Shown piece by piece: positions 12,260 to 28,156 of a stretch of 64,000 bases of DNA (within the stretch, counting starts at the first letter, position 1; each line of letters opens with the position of its first letter). The stretch is from Octopus vulgaris (lineage: Eukaryota). The stretch lies in assembly GCA_951406725.2 (NCBI GenBank), contig OX597815.1:135904001-135968000 (forward strand), given 5' to 3'. The notes under the pieces were generated by a model. The model was not told where the DNA came from. It searched no databases and saw only the letters and a list, made by a program, of their open reading frames with translations. The position numbers and the translations under genes are program-made.

Positions 12260-13443
12260 ACTTAGAATAACTTAGAAAGGTTTTGGCCAGTATTGGCCCA
12301 GGCCATGTCTAACTTAATAGCACCACCTGGCGAAGTCTTTCAATTCAGGATTTGGGCACCAAGGCCCATTCGAGCAGAGAGTTATTGTTTGCGGAGACAT
12401 ATCCGGGTGTGGGTGGTTTGTCCGAGACTGTTTGAAGGAATTTGTCCAAAGACTTCTTGAATTTTGTGTGGTCAGTTTATTTTTTTGACGTGTCCTGGTG
12501 TAATGTAGAAGAGAGCGGGTCCAATTGAGGTGAAATAGTTGTGCCGTATTGTCGTTATGTGATGCGATTTAGATTTTTGGTGTGGACGGATGGCACGTGG
12601 TCCAAGCCTTGGATGTATTTTGAAGGTGATGCCAACATCATTCGGACAGTGCTGATGGAATATTTTCCACATCATACAGATAATGTAGCGTTCACAGCGT
12701 CGTTGGAGTGAATACAGTTTCAGCTTCTCTAGTCTACCCCCAGTAGTCAAGGTCTGACATGCCATCTATCTTTTTTGTGATTGACCTTTGGGGAGCTTCA
12801 ATTCTCATAATATTTTGGTTTGTGTAGGGAGACCACAGTGGACAGCAGTATTCAAGGTGGGGTCGGGCAAAAGTGGAGAAGAGAAGGATAATAGTGTGGG
12901 AATCTCTCGACTGGAAGGTTCTGAGAATCCAGGAACACATTCTGCGGGCCATGTCAACTTTGCTGCTTATATGTGTAGCCCAGCTTATGTTGTTGTCCAC
13001 TGTTACTCCCAAGTTTCTGATGTTGTTGGATGCCATGAGAATTTCTCCAGAAGGAAGAGAGTATGGAAGTTTCAGAGCGTCCTCCCTTCCAAAGTGGATC
13101 AGTTCGAATTTGTCTTCATTTAGCAACATGTTATTCCTTTCCGCCCATTGGACAACAGCCAGTAGGTCTGACTGAAGGCTTATTCGGTCATCCACGCCAT
13201 TGATGACCTTCTGGAGCTTGGAATCACCAGCGAAGGTTCTGATGTTACTGTGTTTGATGGTGTCAGTAATATCATTTATGCAGATGATGAAGAGAAGTGG
13301 GCCCAACACAGTACCTTGTGGGACACCACTGCTGACTTTGGCTGGGCTGGATTTGACTCCTTCGACTACAACATGTTGGGTTCTGTTAGACAGGAAGCAC
13401 TTGATCCACTGCAGCAGCTTTCCAGTGACACCAATATTGGACA

Positions 13444-13445
<2 letters not shown>
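12260..13445 (-). mobile_element. 5'-truncated, frameshifted LINE copy of the 15-18 kb family
   Basis: [20 protein letters not shown] (YADD-type motif mutated)..[13 protein letters not shown] is colinear with 17020-18190. Flanked by (TA)n. Confidence 0.92.
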
Positions 13446-13494
<49 letters not shown>

Positions 13495-13509
13495 TTATTT
13501 TATAGAAGG

Positions 13510-13560
13510 AGCTTCTACAGGACTAGAACTGTTTCATTCAGATGAAATCTTCAGGAAGCT
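13510..13560 (-). ncRNA. Type I hammerhead ribozyme motif (H1)
   Basis: Reverse complement agcttc CTGAAGA tttc atct gaat GAAA cag ttctagtc ctg TA gaagct. Confidence 0.8.
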
Positions 13561-14198
13561 GGCTGTCAAAATAAGTTCTGGTATTTATGAAATTAGGCAG
13601 ATTTAATGGAGTGGTGGTGGGGGACGTTTTTTGGGTAGGTTGGTATTTAGGAGATAAACAGGGCACAAGCTATTGTTCTTAGGGGAGTGGTCAAAAGGCC
13701 AGAGTGTTTTTTGAAAAGAGAAGAATCAGTAAGAAAAGAAATAACTGAATAAATAGAATAAATGAATAGAAACCTCAAGATTAGTATTTCAACAGATATA
13801 TGGGATGGGATTTTAGGTAAATTAGAAGACAATTGCTTTTTGGTGGTCAAGAAGAGATAGGCAGTTTGTTTTATCTCCACCTAACAGTAACAAACTGCCT
13901 ACCTCTTCTTGACCACCAAAAAGCAATTGTCTTCTAAGTTACATAAAATCCCATCCCATATATCTGTTGAAATACTAATCTTGGGGTCTCTATTCATTTA
14001 TTCTATTTATTCAGTTATTTATTTTCTTACTGATACTTCTCTTTTCAAAATACACTCTGGCCTTTTGACCACTCCCCTAAGAACAATAGCTTGTGCCCTG
14101 TTTATCTCCTAAATACCAACCTACCCCAAAAACGTCCCCCACCACCACTCCATTAAATCTGCCTAATTTCATAAATACCAGAACTTATTTTGACAGCC

Positions 14199-14249
14199 AG
14201 CTTCCTGAAGATTTCATCTGAATGAAACAGTTCTAGTCCTGTAGAAGCT
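14199..14249 (+). ncRNA. Type I hammerhead ribozyme motif (H1)
   Basis: agcttc CTGAAGA tttc atct gaat GAAA cag ttctagtc ctg TA gaagct. Confidence 0.8.
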
Positions 14250-14332
14250 CCTTCTATAAAATAAATTAATTTACTCTGCTATGTATTGAGTACCTTATTT
14301 ACTGTGGTTAACCCCGACTCAACCCGGGACCT

Positions 14333-14815
<483 letters not shown>

Positions 14816-17800
14816 CCAACACACAAACCTGAATAACAATAAAAATAGAAACACACCATGCTGCAGTAATGCTGGTCCAGTCTTTTCAGGAAGACACAAA
14901 AACAACAACAACAAAAGTGGAAACTACAACCCTATCCAACAGTGCAACCACACCTCCAGCCAAAAACTGCTCCCTAAGCAGGAAAATTCTTTAGCCATGT
15001 TGAACATGGCAAAAGAGATACACAAAAACATTCTAGCCATCACTCAACACCATCCTATGCTATTACCCCAGTGCACCAATTCCCCACATTGCTGCCACTA
15101 ACACACACAAAAAATCCAAGCCCCCTGCAACAGTCAAAACCAGCCACTACACTAACCTCCACATTCCTACTCAATGCACAAGGTGTCAGCCCTTCCATCA
15201 ATGCACAAAAATGGAAGGTCCAATTCATTGAAGACTGGGTTGGTAACCATTCACACCACATCCCTTTCTTCATTCTCACTGAGACCCACCTTGACAACTC
15301 CCACTTGGAAGCCGAAGTGAGAGTGAAGAATTTCACAACCATCCGCGCGGATCGTATCGGCAGGAGGAAGGGTGGAACTGCCATTTTCCTGCATGATTCA
15401 TTTACGGCAGATGGAAATAGTATATTCTCCAACGGCTACTGTGAATCAGTCACCGTGCACAACAAAGCCAATGATCTGACAGTAATTGGGCTCTATAGGC
15501 CGCCCCAAACACCCATACTGTGCTTTAAAGAATGCCTCAACAGCATTAAGTGCTTTATTCAACAGTGCCATTCTAGCAACATACTCATGATGGGAGACTT
15601 CAATCTACCCTGTGTTGACTGGACTACAAACTGTTTGAAACCAAGCACTCCTGCCTCAACCGCTGACAAAGAAGCAGCAGAGTCACTTTTCGACTTTACG
15701 AATGAGTTTTTCTTGTCCCAACTTGTCCTTGCACCAACAAGACATCAGAACATTTTGGACCTAGTGTTTAGTAACCACACTAACACTATACATAACGTTA
15801 CAGTGGAAAAAACCCTTCTTTCAGACCATGACATGGTTCTCTGTAACATGAAATTCCACCAGCCGAAAGCTAATCCTAGTGACCTTCCTCCAGCCCACCC
15901 ATTTGACAACATGGATCTCCATAAAGCCAACTGGGATGCAATCAGGAACGAGCTATCAAATGTTGACTGGTCCTTTACACATACACACATCTCCACCAAC
16001 CATAAAACATCTTGGCAGATCTTTGTAGACACCGTCACAGACATATGTGCAAAACACTCCCCACCAAGACCTGTGAACAAAAAGTGCAGAATCCCCCAAA
16101 ACAGAAAAACCATTATCAGAAAAATAAAAAGAACAAACAAAAAAATTAACAAACTAAAGTACTGCCAACAGCAACACACACATTCGACGGCTATCGCACT
16201 GCTTGAATCCAAAAAATATAACCTCCAACAATGCATGAAGTCCCTCATCAATAACCAAAGATCAGCTGAGGAGAAGTGGGCCATTGAAAAAATCAAACTC
16301 AACCCCAAAGTGTTCTTTTCATTTGCGAGGAAACGCAGGGTCACTGTCTCCACTGTAGGCCCTCTAATTGACGAAACTGGCACTCTCCAAGATAATGCCA
16401 AATCCATGGCCGAGATACTGCAGAAACAATACTGCTCTGTTTTCAGCAATCCTGATATGGCCGATCTGGGCTGTATCAGTGATGTCAACCCCCAACACAC
16501 TATATCGGACATAACGTTTAGTGCCCCTGATGTCTTAGCGGCGATAAACGAAATAAAACACAATTCAGCAGTAGGCCCCGATAGGTTCCCTGCTTGTGTC
16601 CTGAAGGTGTGTCGACACCAACTTGCATCTCCCCTTGCTAATCTGTGGAGAAACTCACTGGATGCTGGCTATATTCCAAAAAACCTTCTGTCCCAGTCTG
16701 TTGTCCCAGTTTTCAAAAAGGGAAACAAGTCCCTTGCAGTGAATTACCGTCCGATCTCACTCACCTCTCATATCATCAAGGTATTTGAGAGGGTGGTGAG
16801 ATCTCAAATAACCCAATTTCTGGAAAGCAACAGACGGCTGATCTCCAACCAACATGGGTTCCGTAATGGAAGGGACTGCCTAACGCAGCTCCTGCATCAC
16901 TTTGAGGACATTTTGAGAGCTTTGGGAGAGGGCTCCAACACCGATGTCATCTACCTTGATTTCAGTAAGGCCTTCGACAGGGTCGATCACAAGATCCTAT
17001 TGAAAAAACTATCCAACATTGGTGTCTCTGGAAAGTTACTGAAATGGATTAAGTGTTTCCTGACAGACAGATCTCAACATGTTGTAGTTGAAGGGGTAAA
17101 ATCAAGCCCAGCCAAAGTCAGTAGTGGCGTTCCGCAAGGCACTGTGCTGGGCCCACTTCTTTTCATCATTTACATTAATGACATTAATGACATCATCAAG
17201 CACAGCAACATAAAAATCTTTGCAGATGACTCCAAGCTACAGAAGGTCATAAATGAGGCGAGTGACCGGACATGCCTTCAGTCAGATCTACTGGCTGTTA
17301 TCCAATGGGCAGAAAAAAACAATATGCTGCTGAACGAGGATAAATTTGAGCTAATCCACTTTGGAAAAGAGGATGCCCTGAAACTCCCATACTCCCTTCC
17401 TTCAGGTGAAACTCTCGCGGCGTCCAACAACATCAGAGACTTGGGAGTAATTGTGGACAACAACGTAAGCTGGGCCACTCATATAAACACCAAAGTTGAC
17501 ATGGCCCGCAGAATGTGTTCCTGGATTCTCAGAACTTTCCAGTCGAGAGATATCCACACCATTATCCTTCTCTTCTCCACTTTTGCCCGACCCCACCTTG
17601 AATACTGTTGTCCACTGTGGTCTCCCCACACAATACAAGGTATCAAAAAAGTCGAAGCACCTCAAAGGGCAATCACAAAAAAGATAGATGGCATGACAGG
17701 CCTCGACTATTGGGGTCGACTAGAAAAGCTAAAACTCTATTCTCTCCAACGTCGTCGTGAGCGCTACATCATCTGCATGATGTGGAAAATATTCCATCAG

Positions 17801-18189
17801 CATTGCCCAAATGATGTTGGCATCACCTTTAAGGTACATCCAAGGCTTGGGCCCCGTGCCATCCGCCCAAAACAAAAATCGCACTCTCATCTCATAACAA
17901 CAATACGGCACAATTATTTCACCTCAATTGGCCCCGCTCTCTTTAACATTACACCAAAACACATTAAAACAGAAACTGACCCTATAGGGTTCAAGAAGTC
18001 TTTGGACAGATTCCTTCAAGAAATCCCGGATAAACCCCCTACACCCGGATATGTCTCTGTAAACAATAACTCTCTACTTGAGTGGGCCATAGTGCCCAAA
18101 TTCTGACTTGAAAGACTTCACCAGGTGGTGCTATTAAGTTAGACATGGCCTGGGCCAATAATGGCCGAAACCTATCAAAGTATCAAAAG

Positions 18190-18190
<1 letters not shown>
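14816..18190 (+). mobile_element. LINE (CR1/L2 group), 5'-truncated within ORF1, with open ORF2
   Basis: Sharp boundaries against (TA)n on both sides. The 3' UTR has a hairpin and a (tatcaaag) repeat tail. Confidence 0.93.
15071..18106 (+). CDS. LINE ORF2: apurinic-like endonuclease + reverse transcriptase (1011 codons, uninterrupted)
   Basis: APE motifs LTETHL, RADR..GG, YRPP, GDFN, LDLV and SDH. RT motifs [37 protein letters not shown] and DLGV. C-terminal LQRRRERY. Confidence 0.95.
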   Translation: MHQFPTLLPLTHTKNPSPLQQSKPATTLTSTFLLNAQGVSPSINAQKWKVQFIEDWVGNHSHHIPFFILTETHLDNSHLEAEVRVKNFTTIRADRIGRRKGGTAIFLHDSFTADGNSIFSNGYCESVTVHNKANDLTVIGLYRPPQTPILCFKECLNSIKCFIQQCHSSNILMMGDFNLPCVDWTTNCLKPSTPASTADKEAAESLFDFTNEFFLSQLVLAPTRHQNILDLVFSNHTNTIHNVTVEKTLLSDHDMVLCNMKFHQPKANPSDLPPAHPFDNMDLHKANWDAIRNELSNVDWSFTHTHISTNHKTSWQIFVDTVTDICAKHSPPRPVNKKCRIPQNRKTIIRKIKRTNKKINKLKYCQQQHTHSTAIALLESKKYNLQQCMKSLINNQRSAEEKWAIEKIKLNPKVFFSFARKRRVTVSTVGPLIDETGTLQDNAKSMAEILQKQYCSVFSNPDMADLGCISDVNPQHTISDITFSAPDVLAAINEIKHNSAVGPDRFPACVLKVCRHQLASPLANLWRNSLDAGYIPKNLLSQSVVPVFKKGNKSLAVNYRPISLTSHIIKVFERVVRSQITQFLESNRRLISNQHGFRNGRDCLTQLLHHFEDILRALGEGSNTDVIYLDFSKAFDRVDHKILLKKLSNIGVSGKLLKWIKCFLTDRSQHVVVEGVKSSPAKVSSGVPQGTVLGPLLFIIYINDINDIIKHSNIKIFADDSKLQKVINEASDRTCLQSDLLAVIQWAEKNNMLLNEDKFELIHFGKEDALKLPYSLPSGETLAASNNIRDLGVIVDNNVSWATHINTKVDMARRMCSWILRTFQSRDIHTIILLFSTFARPHLEYCCPLWSPHTIQGIKKVEAPQRAITKKIDGMTGLDYWGRLEKLKLYSLQRRRERYIICMMWKIFHQHCPNDVGITFKVHPRLGPRAIRPKQKSHSHLITTIRHNYFTSIGPALFNITPKHIKTETDPIGFKKSLDRFLQEIPDKPPTPGYVSVNNNSLLEWAIVPKF

Positions 18191-18243
<53 letters not shown>

Positions 18244-18272
18244 CATACATACACTATTATAATTATATATAT

Positions 18273-18317
<45 letters not shown>

Positions 18318-18368
18318 CATACATACATATATATATATATACATACATACATACATATATATATATAT

Positions 18369-18401
<33 letters not shown>

Positions 18402-18402
18402 T

Positions 18403-18585
18403 TTCTTTACTGCCCACAAGGAGCTAAACATAGAGGGGACAAACAAGGACAGACAAAGGAATTAAGTCGATTACAACGACCCCAGTTGTGAAACTGGTAC
18501 TTTATTTATCGACCCCGAAAGGATGTAAGGCAAAGTCGACCTCGGCAGAAGTTGAACTCAGAACGTAACGGCAGACGAAATACGG

Positions 18586-18588
<3 letters not shown>
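18403..18588 (-). mobile_element. SINE family A, 5'-truncated
   Basis: Reverse complement of the 52054-52287 type sequence. Confidence 0.85.
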
Positions 18589-19085
<497 letters not shown>

Positions 19086-19113
19086 ATATATATTTGACTA
19101 TTATAATGTAATA

Positions 19114-19160
<47 letters not shown>

Positions 19161-19165
<5 letters not shown>

Positions 19166-22100
19166 CCTTAAATCCTTAAAAATGTTTTAGCCCGAAGGCC
19201 GCGGCCATGCTGGGGCACCACCGCTGAATGAGCTACACTAGTTTGTGAATCCACCTCTGATACGTGGCACTTGATCAACAAGGGAGTTCGATGCTGCTGC
19301 CCGCATCCGTGTCTCCTGTCGTGAGGTAGGTTCATCTGGGACTCCCAACAAGAAGAGATCCAGTTTAGTTTTAAAGAAACCCACATCCACACCATGTAAG
19401 TCTCTCAGGCATTTAGGGAGGATGTTAAAGAGCTGTGGTCCTCTGAAACCCAAGCTGTTGCAGTATCTGGACCTGTATTTTGATGGTGATGTTGGAATCC
19501 TTGGCACCACGCAGCGGCGCCCCGTTCTGCGGTTGGAGTAACTTTGAATGCCAAAGTTTGGGACAAGACCCTCCAGGATTTTCCAGATGTATATCACTGC
19601 ATATCTCTCCCGCCTCCGCTCCAGGGAGAAGAGGTTTAATACCTTCAGTCTTTCCCAGTAGCTGACATTTTGCATTGAGACGATTTTCTTTGTGTAGCTT
19701 CTCTGAGTTGCTTCGAGTTCTGCTGTTTGTTTTATATTGTGTGGTGACCAAAGTTGGGAGCAGTAGTCCAAGCGGCTGAGGACAAATGTTTTCCATAGGA
19801 CCATCAGTGTCTCCTTCTCTCTTGTTCTGAAAGTTCGGAGAATCCATCCAGCTAGCCGTCTGCATTTTATCACCAGATTAGCAATATGCATTTGGAAAGA
19901 TGCATCATTGCTCATGTCAATGCCCAGGTCACGCACTGATTTTGACTCAGGGATTGCAATTCTTCCTGGGCCAGTGTATCCAGTCTTCACGTCATTTACC
20001 TTTGTGTGCCAGTAGCGCAGGGCCTGGAACTTACCTGCATTAAACTGCATGTTGTTGTCCTCAGCCCACCTGTATATTGTGTCCAGCTCATGTTGCAGAT
20101 GCGCAATATTTTCAGGGTTTTGTATTGCGTGGGAGACTTTTGTGTCATCTGCATAGCTAGCAAGGGTGGTCATCGTAGCAACTGAAGGCATGTCTGAAAG
20201 GGCCACTATGAACATCAGTGGCCCCAAGACAGTGCCCTGTGGGACACCGCTTGTTATTTGCGTTTCCCTGGAGGTGGCTCCATTGCTCACAACTGCCTGT
20301 TTTCTGTCTTTTAGGAAGTTGTGCAGCCACTCTCCAAGTTTCCCGCCTATGCCGAGACCACGCAGTTTGTGACAGATCATACCATGGTCGACTTTATCAA
20401 AGGCTTTTGCAAAGTCAAGATATATTACATCCACATTTGAGCCATTTAGTAGCTGTTTCAACACCCAGTCATAGTGTTGCAGGAGCTGTGTTAGGCAGCC
20501 TCTACCTGGTCGAAATCCATGCTGGGTGTCAGACAGTAAGTCATTTTCTTCAAGGAACATGATTAGTTTCTTACGGACTATTCGTTCCATGACTTTGCTG
20601 ATGTGTGAGGTCAGAGAGATAGGCCTATAATTTTTAGCATCTGCTCTGCTACCTCCCTTATGGATAGGGCATATTACCCCCTCTTTCAGTTTGACTGGGA
20701 GCTTACCACTTGCAAGAAAGCTCTGAAAAAGAAGCTGTAGCGGTTTTGCAAGGGCTCGTTTGCACGATTTGAGAAGGATCGCTGGGAATCCATCAGGTCC
20801 AGCAGCTGAGTTTGTGTCAATCTCATCAATGGCTAGTGTGATATCATCTTCTTCGATGTTGATGTACTCAATTTTTGTCTCTTTGGCCGCTGGTAAAGTG
20901 GCAAAGAATTCTTCTGGGTTGTTTACTTGCCTGTGTCCTAGAGGTGTAGTGAACACACTTTGGAACTGTTCGTTCAGTATTTCACTTATCCTCGTGGGAT
21001 TTCCTGTGAGAGAGCCATCTTTTTGGAAGAGAGGTCCTATTCTCTGGTGCACTGTGGCTGTCTCTTTGGCAAACTTAAAGAAAGCTTTAGGGTTTGATTT
21101 TATATTTTATATTACCCAAGCTTCTTTATCTGCTCTCTCCTTTTCATGGGACTGATGTAGACTTTTCTCAGTTTCCATTAGCATTCTTTCGAGCCGAGAC
21201 TTCTCACCACTTTTGGTGTGCTTGCTCAGGCGGTTTGCAATCCTTGTCCGTCGTCTCATAAGAATCCTCCTTTCTCTAGGGATCCTGTTTTTGTTCTTGT
21301 GTGTGCTGGCCCTGCACATTGGGACATATTTGTCACATATGGCTTGTATTATGGACATGAAGTGTTTGTGTTTCATGTTTATGTTTATGTCCGGTGTGGA
21401 GAGACATTCAGGCCAATCCTGTTTGAGGATCTCTTTCTCAATCGACTTCCAGTTGGCTTTATGAAAGTTTAAGTTGGAGAGATGGTGGGTGCTTCGTATA
21501 GGCTGTGTGTCTGCGGGGGCTTTTGTTCCATACATAGACAGCTCTATTATGTTGTGATCCGAGATCATTGTCGGCATCACATTAACATTATGGATAATAT
21601 CCATATTGTTTGTGAAGCAGAGATCCAGTATATTATCTGCCCTTGTTGGTTGCAGAACTATTTGCTCCATGAAAGAGGTATTTGTGAGATGGAGCAGGGA
21701 CTCCACCTGTGCCTGCTGATGGTGTGTCATCCCTGGGAGCATCTGCCCCCCAGGCCATTCCACATTGGGGAGGTTAAAGTCACCCATGAAGAATACACTG
21801 TTGTGCTGTTCAAGGTTGGTGAGGACTTCTCCTATTTTTGTTAGGCAGTCTTCAAACATGCCTGAGTGTTTTGGGGCGTCTGGTGGGCGATATGTAGTGC
21901 ATATGACGATATTCAGTTGTCTTATGTGTACAATTTGAGTTTCACATACTGAGTTTGAATATGACAGCAGGACCTGGGGCGTGAGGTCATCTCGAATGTA
22001 CATTGCAACTCCACCATGGCTCCTCCCTTTTCTATCTGTGCGTATGACTGCATATTGCGGCATGTGTATTTCTGCATCACCTATATCGGGTTCAAGATGC

Positions 22101-22802
22101 GTTTCTGTGAGTGCCATGCATATAGCTTGATTGCATGTCACAAGGTCTCTCAGGAATGAAATTTTCTTTTTACAGTTTCCGCGCAGCAGCTCTCCTACAT
22201 TCAGTAGAAATATTTTTGTGGTGTGTGTGTTGGTGTTGGTGTCTGTGGTGGCCATCCTGCATCTGTTGGAGGTGGCCTTATGTGGTGGTAGTTCCAGCTT
22301 TGTGCTTGTAGCCAGGTCAGCTGCTGAACAATTTTTTGTGCCATGCACAAAAAAGACTGCTGTTCAGCTGCCGCCCTTCTCACATCTGGGTGAAGCTGGC
22401 CACCTGTTGGGTTTCCGCGCACCACATCTGCATACCGTCTTTCAGTAGTGGTCAGTGCGCTTTTTTCCCTTCTTTTAACTTTTTGTTTTTGTTCTCCCTG
22501 AGGGAGGGACCTCTGTCTCGCGTCCGTGCGGTTTTGGTAGGGCCTCCGATGTGCAAAGCGACAGTTTGCACCTTCAACGCCGTACCAGCAGTCCCCCTCA
22601 GGTAGAATTTGCAGGTGTTTCTTTCCCTGCCCTTACAGTTTTTGCTGGGGTCCCTCTGCTTTCTCTGGACAGGGCTTCCTTTAGCCTTGATTCTGTCGCC
22701 CTTTACCTCCTGCTTCCCATCAATTCCAGGGTGCCTTTCCTTTCTTGCGGCCATCGCACCTCTTTGGTCTTCAGTTGTGGTGTTGGAAGCTGGACATGTG
22801 TC
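19161..22802 (-). mobile_element. LINE family 2 (CR1/L2 group): CCCH-finger ORF1 remnant plus ORF2 with one premature stop
   Basis: ORFs 21107-22348 (APE: LTETHL, YRPP, GDFN, LDL, SDH) and 19238-21052 (RT: YLDFAKAFD, QGTVLGP, YADD) are in the same frame, split by TAA at 21107-21109. The tail is (ttaagga)n. Flanked by (TA)n. Confidence 0.93.
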
Positions 22803-23725
<923 letters not shown>

Positions 23726-23843
23726 TATGATATAATATTACATTATATATAGGTAAACTCTGAGTTTAGATCAAAATCACAACACCATCTCTTCGAAGAG
23801 ATGGTGTATATATATAGAAAAGTTATATATTGAGTAATGTAAC

Positions 23844-23897
<54 letters not shown>

Positions 23898-23984
23898 CAT
23901 TAAAAATAAACTTACTTGGAAATGGATGCGTGGCATTCAATCAAATAATAATATAAATAATATATATATATATACATATATTTC

Positions 23985-25900
23985 CTTTTCATGGGTGATT
24001 TGGAGGGGTTTTTTTCTATCTTGAAGAGTTCCTCTGTCAGGTGGGATTTCACACTGTCATTAAGTTGTTTGTGTAAACGATTCGATATCTTTATTCTCCA
24101 CCGCATTAGTATATTTCTGCCTCGGGGAATGATGTTTTTGTGTGTATTGGGTCCCTACTCTGGGACATATTTAATGCATATGGCTCGCATTATTGACATG
24201 AATTTATTGAGTTTCATATCTATGTCTTGCATAGAGAGGTTTTTAGGCCAATCCTGCTGGATTATCTGTTTTTCAACTGACTTCCTGTCATCTGAGCGGA
24301 GTTTAACTTTAATTAATTCCGGGCCATACATTGTCTGTTCTATCATGTTATGGTCTGACAAAAATTGTCCGTGAAATATTTACGTTGTGGATAATTTTCA
24401 CATTGTTTATAAAACAGAGGTACAAGATATATCACATTGCTTTAGATGCACTCTGAGTGTGTCACACACCGAGTTCGAGTCTGATAACAGGGTTAAAGGT
24501 GTGACATCTCCCCAGATGTACATTGCAACTCCACTGTGGCTTCTTTTTCTTCTGTCTGTAGAGAAGATAGGATACTTTGGTATGTATATCTCCGCGTCAC
24601 TTATGTCCGCAGATAGATGTGTTTCTGTAAGTGCAGTGCATGCAGAAAGATTCTTCAAGTGCTCAATTTTGCAATTGCTTTTGTTCTGCAGCAGGCTTCT
24701 TATATTCATCAGTAGAAATGGCGTTGGTGTTGAAGTGTTGGGTGGTATGGTGGCAGTGGTGGCCAACCAGGGTCCATCAATTATGACAGTCTTGTGTGCG
24801 AGGGTATATAGCTGAGCTTTCTCTGTAGCCATGACAACCGTTGCACAATTTCCTGTGCCACACTTGTAAACATTTTGTTGCTCAACCGCTGCAGCTTGTA
24901 CTGTATCTGCATATGACTTCTGTTTGGCCTTTTTCTGCAGGTTTGTGCTGGGATATAGATATTCTAAGTGTGGTTGTTTCCTTCGTTGGGTGAGTGGTGG
25001 ATTCTGCTCCAGCGCTGGGTGCGCAAAGCAGCAGATTGTCCCACTCTCTCCATGCTAACAGATACCTCTTTTGTGGAACTTGCAGATAGACCTTTTTTCT
25101 GAGAGGGTCTGATTTGGGTTTTTATTATATAACCATTTTCACTCGGCTTTTGTCTGATATCTTCTTTTTTTACTTCTACATTGCTGCTTTGGGAGGTGTT
25201 GGGACTGTGGTTGTTCGCACTTTTCTCGTTTCCTTCCTTGTTCAACATTTTAACTTTGGCATCGATGTTGCCATTGCTTTCTGTGTGTGGTTTCTCGCAG
25301 GCAGTATTATCATTTTTTTTCACCACTTTTGAAAATGATGTCCAGTTTCTCCAGATGTGGCCATACGAGCACGTAAAATTGGATAAACTCATTCTTCTTC
25401 CGCTCTATTTGTGCCACTGATCTGGAGAAACCATTGCTGTTCAGGGCAGCTGTAATTAAATTATTTGGCGAATCGCCTTCGGCGATTTTCCAGGCACGTA
25501 GGAACAATCCTATAGCTGTAGACATCCAGTTTCTTGTCATATTTCTTGTGGTGTATGGCTGTATTGGTGTATGCAGTGAGTTTTTGAGTGCAAGTAAGGA
25601 GAGAGCAGAGGTGTGATGGGAGAATGCGCGGAGGGGAATAAGAAGCTGGGTAGGTGAGGGAAGAGACCAGAGAGGGTGACGAGGAAGATGTGAGAGGACA
25701 GACAGGAAAGTTGAGGCAGAGAGGAGATTGAGAGGGAAGCAGAGATGAGGGTAGAGTAGGTATGCCGGGGAGATAATGGGCAGGTAACGGTGGGGAGGTT
25801 GTAGGTGTGAGTAGATGAAGATAGGGGAGAGGAGTAAGTGGGAGAAAGAGGGGAAGAAAGGAAGACGAAAAAGAAGTGAGAGAGGGCGAGAGAGAGACTA
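23985..25900 (-). mobile_element. Degraded LINE related to family 2: 5' region, ORF1 (CCCH) and APE; RT absent
   Basis: ALTETHLSADISDAEIYIP..TDR..SHSGVAMYI and MSDHNMIE are homologous to 21107-22348. ICKFHKRGIC*HGESGTICCFAH lies at ~25020-25090. A pyrimidine-rich (minus-strand) 5' region spans 25620-25900. Confidence 0.8.
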
Positions 25901-26198
25901 GATATAAATTTACTTTAGTACAGAGAGAGAGGAGGAGGAGGATATATTGCTAAGGTCTAAGTGAGATGTAAAATTCTTTGAAAAAAGAGTGATGGAGAGA
26001 AAAAGAGAGGAAAAAGGATATTTATTTGGAGAAAGTGAGAGAGAAGGAGAGAGAGACTACATGCACATTGATTTTAGTATAAAGAGAGAGCAGGGGGATG
26101 TATCGTTTGTAAGTGAGAAAAGTAAAGTAAAGTGAGAGGAGTATATATATTTGTAAAAAAAAGTAACATGATAGGGAGAAAGGAAAGTGGAAGTTACA

Positions 26199-26236
<38 letters not shown>

Positions 26237-28103
26237 CAGCCTGGTTTGGTTTTGTTTTGTTTTGCAAGCTCCTGAAAGAAAAGTGAAATATTATTCGGAT
26301 AGAGAAGAAAAACTTTCCTAACTTATAACCAAAATAAACGAATGGGTTAAAAGAAATAGAAAGCCAGTATTTTTCAGACCACATTAGAAAGAAAAATATA
26401 TAAACAAAGATAGAGAAGAGAAGGAAAGAAAATACAATGACGTCGCGTAGGTCTGAAACAAAAAGAAAATACAGAAAGGGAGGATCGATAACTTATAACT
26501 ATTTTTTTTTTGTTGGACCTTTCATTAATTTAATTATAATGCATGTATACTTATCTTATCTTGTCTCAAGTTTTTCTTAAAGCTATGGTGGATCTCAGGA
26601 ATGTTCTCTACTTTCCCGTAAGCACGTAGGGGAAGTTCCCGTACGCACGTGGAGGAGTTTCTTATTCAGAGAAACAGCGATGTTTTGACTTCGTGTTTTG
26701 TCGAAGATTCTTTCTGCTCAGTATATTTATGTTCGTGATTTTAAATATATCGTAATTTTATAGATATATTGTATATTAGTATATTTTCCAGATCAGTATG
26801 CTGCTTTCTTTGAAATATTTTCACGGGTTTTCAGAAGCACAGGAAAACACGTCTGAACTAAGTATATAATTATAAAAATATAATTACAATTGAGGGCTCT
26901 AGAATTCCAGTGCCTATACGCTAGAAGCAGATGTCAAATACCTAGAATCCACTCTAAATTTGTTCTCTATTTATAACCCAAGATCGAATACGATGTAATG
27001 AGCAAGAAAATTTATAAAATTTCGGTTAATGCTATATCCTATATCCTGAATTTCGTGCTCTGTAATAACAATCACTCAGTGGAGATATACCGACAATATA
27101 AAAGAGAAAGAAATTTATATACATACCAATAAACTTTTGCGTACAGATACCAATATATACATGCATTTCCCGCGTATATATTACATCTAATCGCCCATCT
27201 CAGCCATGCAGTTAATGTCAGAAATCATACGGGGTAAATATTGTACCGAAGCATAATATAATGACTAGAGAACTCAAAAGTTATCTATACTTATAAATTT
27301 AGGATATAATCATTAAAATCATTATATCAGTAGCTAGCGTATATAAAAAAGACCATATCGGTAAAATTAAATTCTTAAGTATATTCTTAAGTAAAAATAT
27401 GATTACAGGAAAGAGAGAAGAGAGAGTTCAGCTTTTTGATCTTCTCATACAATTCTTATAGAATAATCTCCTTGTTTCCTCAAAATCCAGATAGAGTAGG
27501 CTACGCACCTATGAGTTTGAAAACTTCAAGAAATAAACTTTTAACTCATCCTTGATAAACATTTTCTTAAATCTTCAAGTCTTTATGAAGTAATCCCAAC
27601 TTTTTATTTTCGCTGTTGAAATACATGCGGCTTTTATTCTACCTCCTTACTTCCTAATATGATATATATTCCACATTAACTTAATTTAGAAATACCTCCA
27701 GATTTGTGTATTTGAGTGTGTTCGGACATAAGTGCGTGTGTGGACGTGTGTGTGTGTGTGTGTTGTATTTCTCTTATTTTCATTTCTTCAATAAATTTTC
27801 ATTACATCACATTGAAATGTTGTGTAGCCATTTAATTTTATTGCATTTATACTTTTACATGTCTTTCGTTTTCTTTTTCCAAATTACAAACTTATGAAGA
27901 CATGACAGCTACACGCAATGAAATCGGTTTTCATTTTTCTCCACCCTTGTATATAATGAAACATAGGTGGGTTTGTTTTCCAGTTATATTCAGCAACCTC
28001 ACCAAAGCATTCTAACAGTAAAGCTGTTTCGAAGTCTTATGAAGTTAATTCCCTTACATCTCCACCCTTTAAATTGACACTCGAACTAAGCTACGTGAAT
28101 CTC

Positions 28104-28156
<53 letters not shown>

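Noticed and set aside
15745-16563. 272-aa antisense ORF, and similar antisense ORFs over the other LINEs
   Set aside because: Shadow frames of LINE ORF2 with no independent motifs.
18121-18175. Hairpin + GAAAC in the LINE 3' UTR as a hammerhead
   Set aside because: There is no CUGANGA core or stem III/UH. It is better explained as the LINE 3' recognition structure.
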